From Eledone cirrhosa (Eukaryota), in the NCBI GenBank assembly GCA_964016885.1, contig OZ024740.1:89776001-89840000 (forward strand): DNA of 64,000 bases, given 5' to 3'. Positions 1 to 13,700 of this stretch are shown here, in pieces. The first letter of the stretch is position 1. Every line of letters starts with the position of its first letter. The position numbers and the translations under genes are program-made. The notes under the pieces are model-generated. The model searched no databases and was not told the DNA's origin. It saw only the letters and a list, made by a program, of their open reading frames with translations.

Positions 1-1180
1 TATTGGTGACAGCGATTCTGCGGAGGTTACATATCTCATCGGCCTTTTCCTTCTTTTCTCTATCAAGGACGAATTCCCCAAAGCGGACGGTGGTTTGTAC
101 CGTGATGATGGTCTTTGACCATGACTAAGTGCGGACCTGGTGCTTGCGACAAGTTCAGAAAAGAACTCACAGCCTTCTTTAAAGGCTTCAACCACTCTAT
201 ACGGGTTGAGGCCAATCTCTCGGTCGTTAATTACCTCGACGCTACCCTCAATTTATCGAATGGGTTGTATTACCCGCATAGAAAGCCGAATGATACGCTT
301 AATTACATAAGTAAGCATTCCAACCATCCTGCCAGCATAACCAAGAACCTGGTAAGAAACGTTTCGTTGAGGCTTTCCCGTCTATCTTCTAACGAGCATA
401 TTTTCAACGACCATTCCACATATTACAATGAAGCTCTTACTCGGAGTGGATTTGTCGATAAGGTAGCATATACAGAGTACGAAAATAGACCTAGTTGAAA
501 TAGATCCCGTCGCATTTGTTGGTATAACCCACCTTATAATATGGAGGTGGCCACACCATTAGCTAAGATCTTTCTTTCTCTTTTTACGAAGCATTTCACC
601 CTACACATAAATATAGTAACATTTTCAATAGAAATACTATTAAAATTTCTTACTCTACGACTCCTAACCTTGCATATAACATCACAGCTTCAGATTTAGC
701 TAAACTACGTAGCCGTAGGAACACGTGCAACCCTGTAGTTAGTACTAACTGTAATTGTAGGAATCGGGTCGATTGCTCCCTATCCTGGAAATGCCTCTCT
801 AGTAACATTGTCTACAAATGTAAGGTTGAAACACCCACGACCCGTAGTGCCTACATAGGGTTAACCGCCAATAGATTCAAGCAGCATCTTTACATGCATA
901 CCCATTCTTTTCGTTACCCTCTAAGAAGGAATATGACGTCACTTTCAGCTTATATCTGGAGTATAAAGACAACCACACCCAATATAAGTTACACTGGGAG
1001 ATCCTAGCTAGGGCTAGATCGTATAACGGAAATTTAAGATCATGTGACCTCTGCACCGCTGAGTCCCTGGAAATACTCTACGCCACAGACCACATCTTAA
1101 ACAAAAAATCTAAGGCAATTTCGGCTTGAAAACATAAATTGCACAACACTTTCCTGTATTACAGCCCCACGTTATAACCT
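1..1180 (+). mobile_element. Decayed Penelope-like element (RT C-half + GIY-YIG), Hydra-clade-like
   Basis: GDSDSAEV and GLYRDDGL RT motifs, NYLDATLNL..YRKPND thumb, WYNPPYN, CNCRNRVDC (CxCx5C), VYKC..AYIGLT GIY-YIG; several stops and frameshifts. Confidence 0.9.
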
Positions 1181-1254
1181 AACGGATAGTACGATCAATA
1201 CGTGTATATTTTACGTCTTGATGTGTTAGCTATGTGTGTATATATATATATATA

Positions 1255-2392
1255 GGAACAAGTTTAACCCCGACGGCAGGGGCTCAAGCCGTTTCGACGG
1301 CTATTTCTGGACTAAACTATAATTTTTACCGTGGTAATATATAGCCGAACATTTCAAGGTGTAATTCCTTATATGGGAAGATTGTAGTTGTCAAAAGGAT
1401 TTGTCAAAATGTCTGTTAAACACAATTAAGTCTTTCTCGGTGGTAGGTGGGAGGTGGGGGTGGTTGAACTTGCCCGTATAACAATGAGGGAGTGGGTGCA
1501 GCCGGTCAGCGTTGAAAGTGAATTCAATACAGGAAATTCTACGGAGTGTGTATGAAATTAGGCTAGGTAGAAAGCAGGCGAAAATGAATTCTGGGGGAAT
1601 TTCAGAGGGGGACGTTATATATTTAAAAGATTAATAAACTGAGATTAAAAGATAATACATAAAAAAATAATTATAAAAAATTAAATAGTAACAAATAATA
1701 AAAAATGTTCCGGAGTATAAAGCAGCTGCTATATTTTTAGCGGGTATCGCCTTTTCCGCCAATGCTATATAGCATTTACTGGGGTGGGGGCACTGATACT
1801 ACAGAGGAAAAAGGAAAAGAAATGGGAGAGGGATTGGAAGGAAGTGAAAACAAGAGATAAAAGGAAACAGAAAAGAAGTATATCTACCTATGTATGCTGG
1901 GGTTTCTCCTATCCTGTTTGGCAAGTGGAGCACAGAAGGATGTGCAGCCATTTTCTACCCACCCGGATCATGAGGGGCTTTGAGGGCGAGGTAAGTCCTA
2001 CGCAATTGCTGTCTACATGCAGTTACAAGTACGTCATTTTTGTTTAGGTGTTGGTCCATCGTTAACAGCATTTGTATTGTTTCATCCGAGCATAAGTTAC
2101 ACGGACGGCGTCCTCCCTTGTAGGAGTTAGCCCGTGACAGTAAGCTCAAAGTAAGATTGTATGGTATGTTGTTACCTTCGAGGTCCCATATGTGGCCCGA
2201 AAGTGCAGTGACATGTCGCCGGGTCTGGTTTCGGAGTGTATGTCGGTGATGGTAGAACTGGGTCTTAAAGTCACAAGCGGTTAATCCTATATAGGCTTTG
2301 TTGGTGTTTTCCGTTGCATTGGTAGATCACGTTACGTTCTCGGCATCTGTTATTGAGGAGGCACGTAGATCTATCAGGACAGTTACATCTCC
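1255..2392 (-). mobile_element. PLE 3' fragment: GIY-YIG endonuclease plus 3' pseudo-LTR
   Basis: Minus strand reads CNCPDRSTC..NVIYQC..AYIGLTA..HIWDLE..CNLCSDE (2390->1955), followed by non-coding tail ending at (TA)n. Confidence 0.85.
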
Positions 2393-2640
2393 TGATACGC
2401 GTATAACGTTCTTCTATTATAAAGTCATCTGATGTGATCTATCCGCTCGTCAATTCTGAGCCTTACTTGTATACATAAGCTTCTCTGAATTATATGCTAA
2501 GCAATATCATTCATTGAGGAGTAATTTATATTACTGACTAATCTTTTTTGATATATATATTAAAAAGATTATCCAGTAATATACATTACATCTCAAAGAA
2601 TAATATTGCTTTAAAATAGAAGAACGTTACACGCGTATCA
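2393..2640. repeat. Imperfect foldback (nested inverted repeat)
   Basis: tgatacgcgtataacgttcttctatt / aatagaagaacgttacacgcgtatca, with an inner arm pair aagcaatat..taatctttt / aaaagatta..atattgctt. Confidence 0.75.
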
Positions 2641-3117
2641 TCTCAGACACAACATTCCTGTAATGCATATGACTGTCTAATCATTTTAATAATATATAAA
2701 AATTGCTACTCCTAAAATTGTCGCTTTGATAAATGTTTTTTTAATTGACTACTATTTCTAGGAAAATGTTTTTCTCGTCACCTAGTCTATATCTTACACA
2801 TATTTACCTTGCTGAAACTTCTGCGCATGCATGCATTATTGTGTAATATGTTGATATTATTGTGAGCATATATGAGATTTGGCAACAGGTAGATTATTTT
2901 GTCTCTTTAAATGTTTGCAACAGAAAAACCTCTCACACGATGAATCATGTTTCTGGCATAAATTAGAAATCTTGGAATGCATTAGTAAGATGGAAATGAA
3001 TTCGTTAAGCCCAATGTAATTATATCGCTTAAAAACGAATTTCGCTTTTGCGATGATACGCGTATAGGATTTCTTTATTTTAAGGTCTGAAGTGATCTTC
3101 ACACTAGCACTTATTTC

Positions 3118-3751
3118 AGTGGATTGGCGGTATCGGTGGAGGGTCAGACACTATGCTTTGCAGCAAAGAGTCACGGCCCTTTATGTTCAGAGTTCAAATC
3201 CCGCGGAGATTAACTTTGCCTTTCATCCTTATGAGGTCGATAAAACAAAGTACCACTAATACATTGTGTTACTTGCTGTCCTTGTGCCAAAAGAAGAAAC
3301 AATTATTTGTATAAATCGGTTGGATTGGCAGTATGGGTAGAGGGTTGGACGCCATGCTTTGACGCATAGAGTTACGTTATTTGCCATTCTGAGTTCAAAT
3401 CCCGCCGAGATTAAGTTTGCCTTTCATCCTTACGGGGTTGATAAAATAAAGTAGCAGTAATGCAATAGGTAATTGCTGGTGTTGTGCCAAAAGTAGAAAC
3501 AATTATTTCTATAATTTATGGCAATGTGCCATTAGTAGAAACAATTATTTGTATATATATATATACGATGGATTAGCAGTATTGGCAGAGGGTCGGACGC
3601 CATGCTTGGAAGCAAAGAGTTGCAACCATTTTCGACTGTCTGATTTTGAATCTCCCCGGGTTGTAATGCCTTTCATCATTACGGGGACGATAAAAAAGCA
3701 CCAGTAATGCAATGCTATACTTGCTGGACTTGTGCCAAAAGTAGAAACAAT

Positions 3752-3752
<1 letters not shown>
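3118..3752 (+). mobile_element. Three head-to-tail tRNA-derived SINE copies (octopus OK/OR-like family)
   Basis: Each ~190 bp: ggattggcagtat..g (A box), gagttcaaatccc (B box), gcctttcatcct..gataaaataaagtaccag core, tail gtgccaaaagtagaaacaatt. Confidence 0.85.
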
Positions 3753-3754
<2 letters not shown>

Positions 3755-3826
<72 letters not shown>

Positions 3827-3935
3827 ACATACGCGCGCACACATACATACGCCCACACTTATATACATTTTTAATATATATACACACTCATACACCCACA
3901 TATATACATACACACATACACATACATACACACAC

Positions 3936-3971
<36 letters not shown>

Positions 3972-4061
3972 GCACATACACATATATATATACACATACT
4001 CACACATGCCCACACATACATACAAAGTACACATGCGTACACAAAAAGTATATACACACGT

Positions 4062-4108
<47 letters not shown>

Positions 4109-4416
4109 TACACATATATATATATATATACACAAAAAACAACAACCTGACATGCATACGCACAGCCACATATATCTACCTACGCATATGCCGACATATA
4201 TACATCTACATATGCATACGCACACGTGCTGCCACATGCATACACCTGCACATATGCATATTTGCCTACACACACATGTGCTTCCACATATACATATATA
4301 AACAAAACCGTAAATTAAAAGTTAAAAATACATTATACAATGATAACACACAATATACCATAAAATAACGGTAAATTACCGTATCATAAAATATAAAATA
4401 TAATGAACCAAATTGA

Positions 4417-4500
<84 letters not shown>

Positions 4501-4723
4501 TATACATACACACACACACACATGTACACCGATTCATACATACATATACGGATATATACAAAGGATATGTGATAAAGTAATACAACAAGAATAATATTAA
4601 AATAGAAAGCATATATACTCCATATATCGTCATATGCCCACATTCCTGTGAGATAAAGATAAACACATACATGTATGCACAAATACATATACACACCTAT
4701 AGAGGTCCACATATGCACCCAGA

Positions 4724-4740
<17 letters not shown>
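3755..4740 (-). repeat. Microsatellite-rich pseudo-LTR segment of the PLE family at 8.3-14.3 kb
   Basis: Unique blocks (caaaaaacaacaacctgacatgcatacg; aaaccgtaaattaaaagttaaaaatacattatac; tacaccgattcatac) are reverse complements of 10040-10790. Confidence 0.8.
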
Positions 4741-4784
<44 letters not shown>

Positions 4785-4840
4785 TATTAAAAAAATAATG
4801 AATAAACAAAGAAACAGTTCCTTATATTAAAATAAAAAGT

Positions 4841-4982
4841 TCATTATTTTACAATCGTTTCTAGGATATATATGTGTTAGAATTGGTATGCATATTCTAT
4901 ATATCTATGTACAATATTTATACAAACTATCAGAGGGAATATACATACCTTCACATATATATGCTGTCTTCAGAAATAATGA
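4841..4982 (-). ncRNA. Type I hammerhead ribozyme with extended stem II (inverted copy)
   Basis: Minus strand: tcattattt-CTGAAGA-[~105 nt]-GAAAC-GATT-GTA-aaataatga; 9-bp stem I. Confidence 0.75.
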
Positions 4983-6141
4983 TACTTGTTTATTGATAAG
5001 AACAAAGATTCAATACAATAGGTCTGTTTGGGAACAGGTTTTGAATTGACCAATCAGGAGATAGTGAGGGTCAAGATAGATAGCATTAGGAGAACCTTAC
5101 ATTATGGGTAGGGGCAGTAGATTTCAGTTTTGGAAGGAAAAGAGTATTATGAATGAAGGATTACTTTAGGGAAGAAGTAGGTCATATGTTGACCTCAGAA
5201 ATAATTTTAATTGTTCATTGAATAAAACCAACAAAGATCCACTATAATAATGGATTACTTTAGGGAAGAAGTAGGTCATATGTTGACCTCAGATATAAAT
5301 TTATTTGTTCATTGACTAAAACCAACAAAGATCAAATATATTCTGTCTGTTAATATTTGGCCAAATGGTAAAATAGTAGTAATTGAAACTTATTTTAGGG
5401 GTGAAATTAGGTCAGCTGGCCAGTAGAAGGTATACAAGCAGTTGCTGTTATAAAATAGTGATGCCAATACAAATATCTAGGGGGACCAGATACTGGTATA
5501 ATACTTGGTATAATGCTCCATTTAATTTACAAGTTAAGGATAATATACCTAAACAATTATTTAATATCCTAGAGAAAAACTTCCCGCCAAACCACAAATA
5601 CCATCAAATCTTAAATAGATCAACAGTTAAATTCTCCTACTCAACAACCAAAAACATAAAACAAAATATAAGTGCCTATAATGCATATAAATGTTAAAAA
5701 AACTATAAGTATACCACCAGTACATCAAACTAGCCATAATATCTCCTCAAATACAGGATTAACGAACAGTTGTAACTGTAGAAACAAGTCAAACTGTCCA
5801 TTAAAAGGAAATTGCCTTGTTAATAACATAATATATAAATGTAAAGTTAACACTAAGGACACTATTTGTTCATATATAGGAGCTACCTCTAACAATTTTA
5901 AGGTACGATTTAATACCCACAAACATAGTTTTAAAAATGCCGCACTAGCTAATACAACATCTCTAGCTGAAAAAATTAATAGTTATAGAAAGAGGAATAT
6001 AGAATATGACATGACCTGGAGTGTGCTCAAAAGAGCCACCTCCTTATCAAAATAGTAGAAATGAATGTAGATTGTGTTCCCAAGAACTTTTCGAAATAAT
6101 GAAATCTAAGGATATCCTATTAAATAAGCGACAGGAATTAA

Positions 6142-6826
6142 TAATATCGTGTAATCATAAACTGAGAAAAACATTTAAATATTATAAACCTAATTAATAT
6201 ACACTTTAGAAATTAATATATAGATTAATTTTAATTTAGTTAACCTATAATTAAAATTCTATTACAGATGAAATACAACAAAATATCGTGTAATCATAAA
6301 CGGAGAAAAACATTTAAATATTATAAACCTAATTAATATACACTTTAGAAATTAATATATAGATTAATTTTAATTTAGTTAACCTATAATTAAAATTCTA
6401 CTACAGATGAAATACAAAATTCTGCTTTAAATATTATAAACCTAATTAATATACACTATAGAAATTAATATATAAACTATTTTTAATTTAGTTAACCTAT
6501 AATTAATATTCTACTACCGATGAACTACATAATTTGGCTTTCCTTCTTACAAATATCATTTCCTAAAACTGATACCATTAAGTAAACATATGTAATTATT
6601 TTTAATTTAGTTAAGCTATAATTAATATTCTACTACTGTTGAACTACATAATTCCGCTTTAAATATTATAAACCTAATTATTATACATCTTGGAAATTAA
6701 TATATAAACTATTTTTATTTTAGTTAACCTATAATTAATATTCTACTAATGATGAACTACATAATTTGGCTTTCCTTCTTACAAATATCATTTCCTAAAA
6801 CTGATACCATTAAGTAAACATATATA
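6142..6826 (+). repeat. Degenerate AT-rich tandem duplications (~90-260 bp) in the PLE 3' tail
   Basis: tttaatttagttaacctataattaa..ttcta recurs about 5 times; 6142-6278 is duplicated at 6282-6418. Confidence 0.8.
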
Positions 6827-7019
6827 AAGCTTTAACTTCAGGTTATGACTCTATGTTCCTTGAAACCTATATATATTTACTATTTCCCACTAATAAATTT
6901 GACCCCCCCCCCAATAATTATATGTATATGTAAGCGTGGATGCGTGTGTATATATAAGTGTGTATGTATGTATGTGTGTATGTATGAGAGTGTAAAAATA
7001 CATATATATGTATGTGTAG

Positions 7020-7051
<32 letters not shown>

Positions 7052-7198
7052 AAATGTGTGTGAGTGTATATGTGTGCATGTATATATATGTATGTCTGTG
7101 TGTGTGTGTCTATGTATATGTACATGTGTATATGTGTGTATATATATATGTATATATGTGTATGGGTATATGTTTGTGTGTGTATGTGTATGTATGTG

Positions 7199-7245
<47 letters not shown>

Positions 7246-7428
7246 ATGTGTGTGTGTATGTATGTGTATATATATGTAGGCATATATATGTATGTATACA
7301 TATATATGTATATATATATATCATTTTTATATTTTTATATTCTTTTAATCTCCCCTCATCCTTAACAGCACGTTTAAACTGCTTCTAACTCTTATTTATC
7401 ACATCTATATGTATTAGTATAATTTTAT

Positions 7429-7468
<40 letters not shown>

Positions 7469-7951
7469 CCATCAATTAAATTAATTTTATATCCTTTTCA
7501 TAGATGTATTTTTTTCACTAACATCCTTATCTTAAAACTCTGGTCACCCTAGATATTTGTATTGGCATTACTATTTTATAACAGCAACTGCTTGTATACC
7601 TTCTACTGACCACCTGACCTAATTTCACCCCTAAAATAAGTTTCAATTACTACTATTTTACCATTTGGCCAAATATTAACAGACAGAATATGTTTGATCT
7701 TTGTTGGTTTTAGTCAATGAACAAATAAATTTATATCTGAGGTCAACATATGACCTACTTCTTCCCTAAAGTAATCCATTATTATATTACTCTTTTCCTT
7801 CCAAAACTGAAATCTACTTCCCCTACCCATAATTTAAGGTTCTCCTAATGCTATCTATCTTGACCCTCACTATCTCCTGATTGGTCAATTCAAAACCTGT
7901 TCCCAAACAGACCTATTGTATTGAATCTTTGTTCTTATCAATAAACAAGTA

Positions 7952-8093
7952 TCATTATTTCTGAAGACAGCATATATATGTGAAGGTATGTATATTCCCT
8001 CTGATAGTTTGTATAAATATTGCACATAGATCTATAGAATATGCATACCAATTCTAACACATATATATCCTAGAAACGATCGTAAAATAATGA
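7952..8093 (+). ncRNA. Type I hammerhead ribozyme with extended stem II
   Basis: Stem I tcattattt/aaataatga; CTGAAGA 7961-7967; stem II atatatatgtg..cacatatatat; GAAAC 8073-8077; palindromic ACGATCGT; GUA cleavage triplet 8082-8084. Confidence 0.82.
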
Positions 8094-8275
8094 ACTTTTT
8101 TTTGTTTAATATAAGGAACTGTTCTTTGTTTATTCATTATTTTTTTAATAATTTATCTTGAATCTGTTTTCCGCTTATTTTTCACCGAAAGTAGTTTTTG
8201 AATGCATCTTCTCTTTTCATTATATCCGGATTACATTGAGTTCTTCATACGGATTGGACACTACCGTAAACTTAT

Positions 8276-10030
8276 ATACACACTTACTCACCCACATACA
8301 CACCTACTCATACGTGGCTATACGTACATATGCAGACATATATAGAGATACATACATATGTGTGTATTGATATATACACACATATATATATATACACATA
8401 TACACACATATTCTGCTACATATGTACATACACGCACATGTCTGCACATACACGCGCATATAAGCTAATGCACACACGCACCCATGCCCATACACTCCAC
8501 CTCCCCCCGCACAGACCCACGTATATATATATATATACATCTACACACACACATACATATACCTACGCACAGGTCCACACATAAAAAACACGGGAATATA
8601 AACACAATATGATAATAAAATAAAATAAATAAATAAATTTAAAATATTTTAGGGTACATTAATATCTGTATTTAACTGCATAAATGGGGACAAGAAAAAT
8701 AAGATAAAATAAAAAAACGGGGGTGGGGTACTGGCGAAGGTGCGTGAGTACATGTGATATACTACACACATGTAGTATGGGGTGCAAACTTGTGTGCGTG
8801 TATAGAACAAGTAACAGTAACATAACAATAATAGAACAATAATGACTAATAATCATTGTTCCAAAGTGGAATAGGCGGAGAGTAATAGTCACGAGTGTCG
8901 GGGTACACATTCAAGGTCGCTATGGGGTATGGCACCGTGGCTGGGGTGTGCTGGTCTATATGTTTAGGGCACAGGACCGGGCGGCACTGGGCCCCGTGTT
9001 GGCCGGTGCCGGCCCATGCGATGTATCTTCCAATGTTGTGTGCTCGGCCAGGTGCAAAGCTGGTTTACATATGTTCGCCTCACGGGTCGCACACCGTTAT
9101 CATGGCATGGTGTCAGGTACCCTAATCCCTTGGGCCAATCGGGTCTGTGCTTACCCGTTCCCAAGCCCCCCGCGTGCGTCACCCGGTGGATTCCATGCTG
9201 CAAATGTGCATCTTCTCTGGTATCTGCATGTCATGATAATTTCAGACGTCAGGTTAACGGCGTCATCCTTCAGTCTGACTATCTCCATGGCGTCGTGTAA
9301 GCATGATCGGCTCTTTCTACTCTCCGGCCGAATATGCCATCGAGTGACGAAAGATGCTCCATTCCAGGGCGTACGGAGTGCCTTGTCTTTCAGGTCCCAC
9401 AACAGGTCCGCTAACCTAGTGGAGTGCCTTTTGCTACGGTCCCTGAAGGAATCCGTGTGATTATACATCGGCGATTTAAAGGTCGTGGATGTTGCGCCGA
9501 TGTAGGTTTGATGCGCGTCTTGGGTTGTAACCACACACTTGTATATCAAGTCTTTCATCAAGCATTTTCCATGTAGTGGGCACCGGGTGCTGGCTATACA
9601 GTTACAAGTTCTGCTGTCAGTTATTGTGCATTCGATGTCCGGGCCTCGATCTGTTATGGCCCTCTCAAAGTTCTCAGGGTGTTGTACCGCCGACACTGTT
9701 GTTTCCCCCATGACACTATTTCCCTCTGGGTGTTGGACCATATCGCCATCCACGGGCGCTCTGGTCGCCTCGAGGGCCGGGTTGTCATTTGAGGGTAGGT
9801 CTCTTGGTGGTTCTTCGCGCCCCGAAAGACGGTCACTCTGTCGCTGCGGTTGACGGACAGTGTGCGCCATCTTCGGCGTTAGGTTTAGCCATGTATTCGG
9901 CCATATGAGGCGCCTCGGAGTAGGAAAAATCCACCCTGTGGTGGTTGAAGATTTTGTGGTACATGTTTGTCGGCGGAAAGCACTCATCCAGTGCTCGGAA
10001 GAAAAGTCCTGGCACGGTTGTGCGTACATG
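8276..10030 (-). mobile_element. 5'-truncated PLE copy (GIY-YIG + tail), inverted relative to the adjacent copy
   Basis: ORF 9151-10029 with CNCIASTRCPLHGKC..LIYKC..TYIGAT; reverse complement aligns to 13263-14270. Confidence 0.88.
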
Positions 10031-10034
10031 TATC

Positions 10035-10117
10035 CTTCGAATATATCCGTATATGTATGTATGAATCGGTGTACATGTGTGTGTGTGTGTGTATATCTAT
10101 ATGTATATATATATATG

Positions 10118-10188
<71 letters not shown>

Positions 10189-10469
10189 TATTGTATATTA
10201 TATTTTATGTCACGGTAATTTACCGTTATGTTATGGTATATGGTGTTTTTCATTTGTATAATGTATTTTTAACCTTTAGTTTACGGTTTTGTTTATATAC
10301 GTATTTTTGGAAGAACACGTGTGTGTAGGCAAATATGCATATGTGCATGTGTGTGCATGTGGCAGAACGTGTTCGTATGTATATGCAGATGTATATATGT
10401 CGGCATATGCGTAGGTATATGTATGTATATATGTGGCTGGGCGTATGCATGTTAGGTTGTTGTTTTTTG

Positions 10470-10521
<52 letters not shown>

Positions 10522-10630
10522 GTCTGTGTGTGTATGTACGTGTGTATATAATTGTGGTGTACGCAAGTGTATTTTGTATGTATGTGTGGGCATGCGTGAG
10601 TATGTGTATATACATATGTGTGTATGTGTG

Positions 10631-10713
<83 letters not shown>

Positions 10714-13700
10714 ATGTATGTTGTGTATGTATGTGTGTATGTATATATGTGTGTGTATGTGTGTACATATTGGTATGTGTGGGTGCTTACTCTGAAGTGC
10801 GAACAGACGTGTGAGATACTGAAACCACCATTACTCCATTGAAATGTGCCGGACGGAAAATGGCTGATGACCTGGGTGGCAGTAAATACTTACCAGAAAT
10901 TGTGATGACGTGGAGTAAAATCAGCCAATGGCATGACAAGATGGGAAGTATGTCATTTTAGGGTGTTTTTTGATGATAACATCCCAGTGATAAAATTGCT
11001 CCAACGAAATACCCGTGTCTGAAAGAACCTGCAAAAGTAGAATCAGCCAGATTCATACAAGGACCATGTCTCGAGCTACCTGCCGGCGAAACAATTGTAA
11101 CACGCAATAAATCAAGTCTAGATGCATCACTGATTTTTCTTTTTTTTATACTATCTACACTCTAATCTGCTGAATATAGAGTGCTAATTTTTGGCATACC
11201 GCCTATGGCAGCACCATAGCTACCATTATACAGAACTATATACTACTCTCCTCCATAAGTAGACCGCTTACAGCGATTCGACATGGAAAAATTCAGCTCC
11301 TCTTCTTCCATGTAAGACATACAGATCCCGTCTGATAACACGTACTTGGGCCTGCTGATATACCACACCAACTCGTTCACCAGATGCATGAGGTGGCGCG
11401 CATTTCACCGCGACAGGCGGAAACAACAACACGCGCCAGACGCCCGTCAGTACCACCTAAAGCGGAAATTTAGATTGAGAAGACACCCAACACACAATGC
11501 ACAACTGGAGGAATTTGAAAACCGTATAGTCAACATAGTTCTTAACATCAAGTTCCATAGGAATAGTGCACATTGGACAAGATATCTCAAAAGACTCGGA
11601 TCCACCATCAAAAGCATGGGAAAATGCCATGATTTACTCGTGCCCTCGGACAAAACTGGTAATGTTTACATGCTTGACCATTTTACATACAATGACTGCC
11701 TCGGGAAAGAGATTAGAAAAAAACTATAGGACCACAGGACAGACACATTTAGATAGTATTAACGCCAGGACAAAAAGTATACTGACGGGGCTAGGACTAG
11801 AGGATAGGACCGAGGTATATGTAGCAAGAAAACCGCGGATATCTATTAAGGTCCATAAATCAGAATTTAAATCGAAACTACCGGTTAGGTAAATAGCACC
11901 CTCCAAATCCCCCTAGGCATGACCAGCAAGAATATTATAGATAGGATAATACCGGTATTTAGAAACAAAACTAGGCTTAGCCTATGGACCTCCACTAAGG
12001 AGGTAATTAACTGGTTATCGTTAATAGCTGACAAACACCAAGTAAATTTTATTCAGTTAGACATATATAGCTATTACGCGTCAGTATCTCCGATAGTAGT
12101 CAATAAGGCCCTCATAAGCGCCAGGGCCATATATAGCCTCATTAGGGACGAGGCCAACCTCATAGTAGCAGCCAGAAAGACGCTAATTAATTTCGAAGAC
12201 AAGTTATGGGAGAGGAAGGACAGGCACGACAGCTTTGATATCACCATGGGGTGAAGTGACTCGGCGCAGGTGACCTACCTTGTGGGGATATATCTCATCC
12301 ATAGGCTGACGGAGGATCGGAGGTGGAATATACAGAGACGACGCACTTTTCACCTTCCGTTTCCTTAACCCCAGTCAGATGGAGCGTATGAGGAAGCGCA
12401 TATCGCATTTTTTTAAACAACACGGCTTATCCATGACAATAGACACTAGCACTAAGACGGTCAATTACCTGGACGTTACTTTGGAAATGAATACGGGCAT
12501 CCACAGACCGTACCATAAGCCCAACGAAAACCTGCAATATGTGAACAGGCAATCGAAGAACCCTAAGTCAGTCATAGAAGCCATAGTTATAAGGGTATCC
12601 ACACGCGTATCCACCCTGTCGTCGAACGCGTAAGTGTTTAAACAGCACGCCAACTATTATAATGAGGCACTGCGAAGAGCCTGTTACAAACACACCATAA
12701 TATATACCCCGGATAGAGTAGAGCCTAGTGATAAGGCGTGCATAAATGCCAATAGCGAGGGCGCCTCCTTAGGTAGAAGAATAGATCCGGTAGCAGTATG
12801 CAGGTACACAAATAACAACACAGCTACCATTGATGACACAGGACCGACCTGAGGTAGTAACTAAGGCACCCATAGGAGCCAGACCACCCAGTACGAAGAG
12901 GCATGGGCCTGGCACGCGCACTGCATACTCAGTGGCAACTGGGACCATGAACTGGACATCGACAAGTACGAACGGGGAACACGCCACGGGGCACGACCAG
13001 CCTGGTTGTAGTCCTACAGCACCGACAACAGCATAACATAGACCTAAGGGGAATAGACGTATAGAACGACGTAACTTTATAACTGTAAAGCATAACCTCG
13101 ACGCACTTAGCGGGCAAGTAGACAGAGACAACACACGGGACGGAATTGTGGTTGGGCCGAGCACTTGACTAACATCGAGTCCTGGACACACCAACGAGAA
13201 TCCACGCACGCGAAGGAAAAGATCTAAAGCCGTTACCTGGTTCAATTCGCTTTAATCAAAAACATGTACGCACCAACGTGCCGGAACTTTTTCTTCCGAC
13301 GCTGGATGAGTGCGTTCCACTGACAAACAAGTACCACAAAATCTTCAACCGCCACACGGTTTAATTTTCCTTCTCTACGACGCCTCATATGACCGTCTAC
13401 ATGGCTAAAACTAAGGCGGTGAAGATGGCGCGCACTGGCCGTCAATCGCGGTGACAGAGCGACCGTATTTCGGAGCGCGGAGAACCACCAAGAGACCTGC
13501 CCTCAAATGTCAACCCGGCCCCCGAGGCGACCAGAGCGCCCGCGTAGGGCGATATGGTCCAACACCGAGATGGAAATAGTGGCATGGGGGAAACAACGTT
13601 GTCGGCGGTTCAACACCCTGAGAACCTTGAGAGGGCCATAACAGATCGAGGCCCGGACATCGGATGCACAAGAACTGATAGCAGAACTTGGTCTGTATAG

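Larger units (their letters stand above)
4781..8270 (+). mobile_element. 5'-truncated PLE (GIY-YIG end) with inverted 5' pLTR copy and 3' pLTR
   Basis: WYNAPFN..CNCRNKSNCPL..IYKC..SYIGAT at 5500-6190; 4781-5490 is a near-identical reverse complement of 7540-8155. Confidence 0.9.

Noticed and set aside
1280-1360. Minus-strand HHR-like fold (CTTGAAATG..cggcta/tagccg..GAAACGG)
   Set aside because: Core and cleavage triplet are non-canonical; at best a decayed ribozyme, not listed as a feature
3118-3210. tRNA gene suggested by A/B boxes
   Set aside because: Boxes belong to SINE heads; no cloverleaf
10860-10905. CTGATGA..CCAGAAATTGT
   Set aside because: No convincing stem I or III; a better HHR lies at 11014-11104
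1127-12254. In-frame TGA at or near Cys-compatible positions (SA*KHK at ~1127; MG*SDSA at 12252) as possible selenocysteine, as reported for some Naiad PLEs
   Set aside because: Same copies contain TAA/TAG stops and frameshifts, no SECIS recognised, and single substitutions explain them
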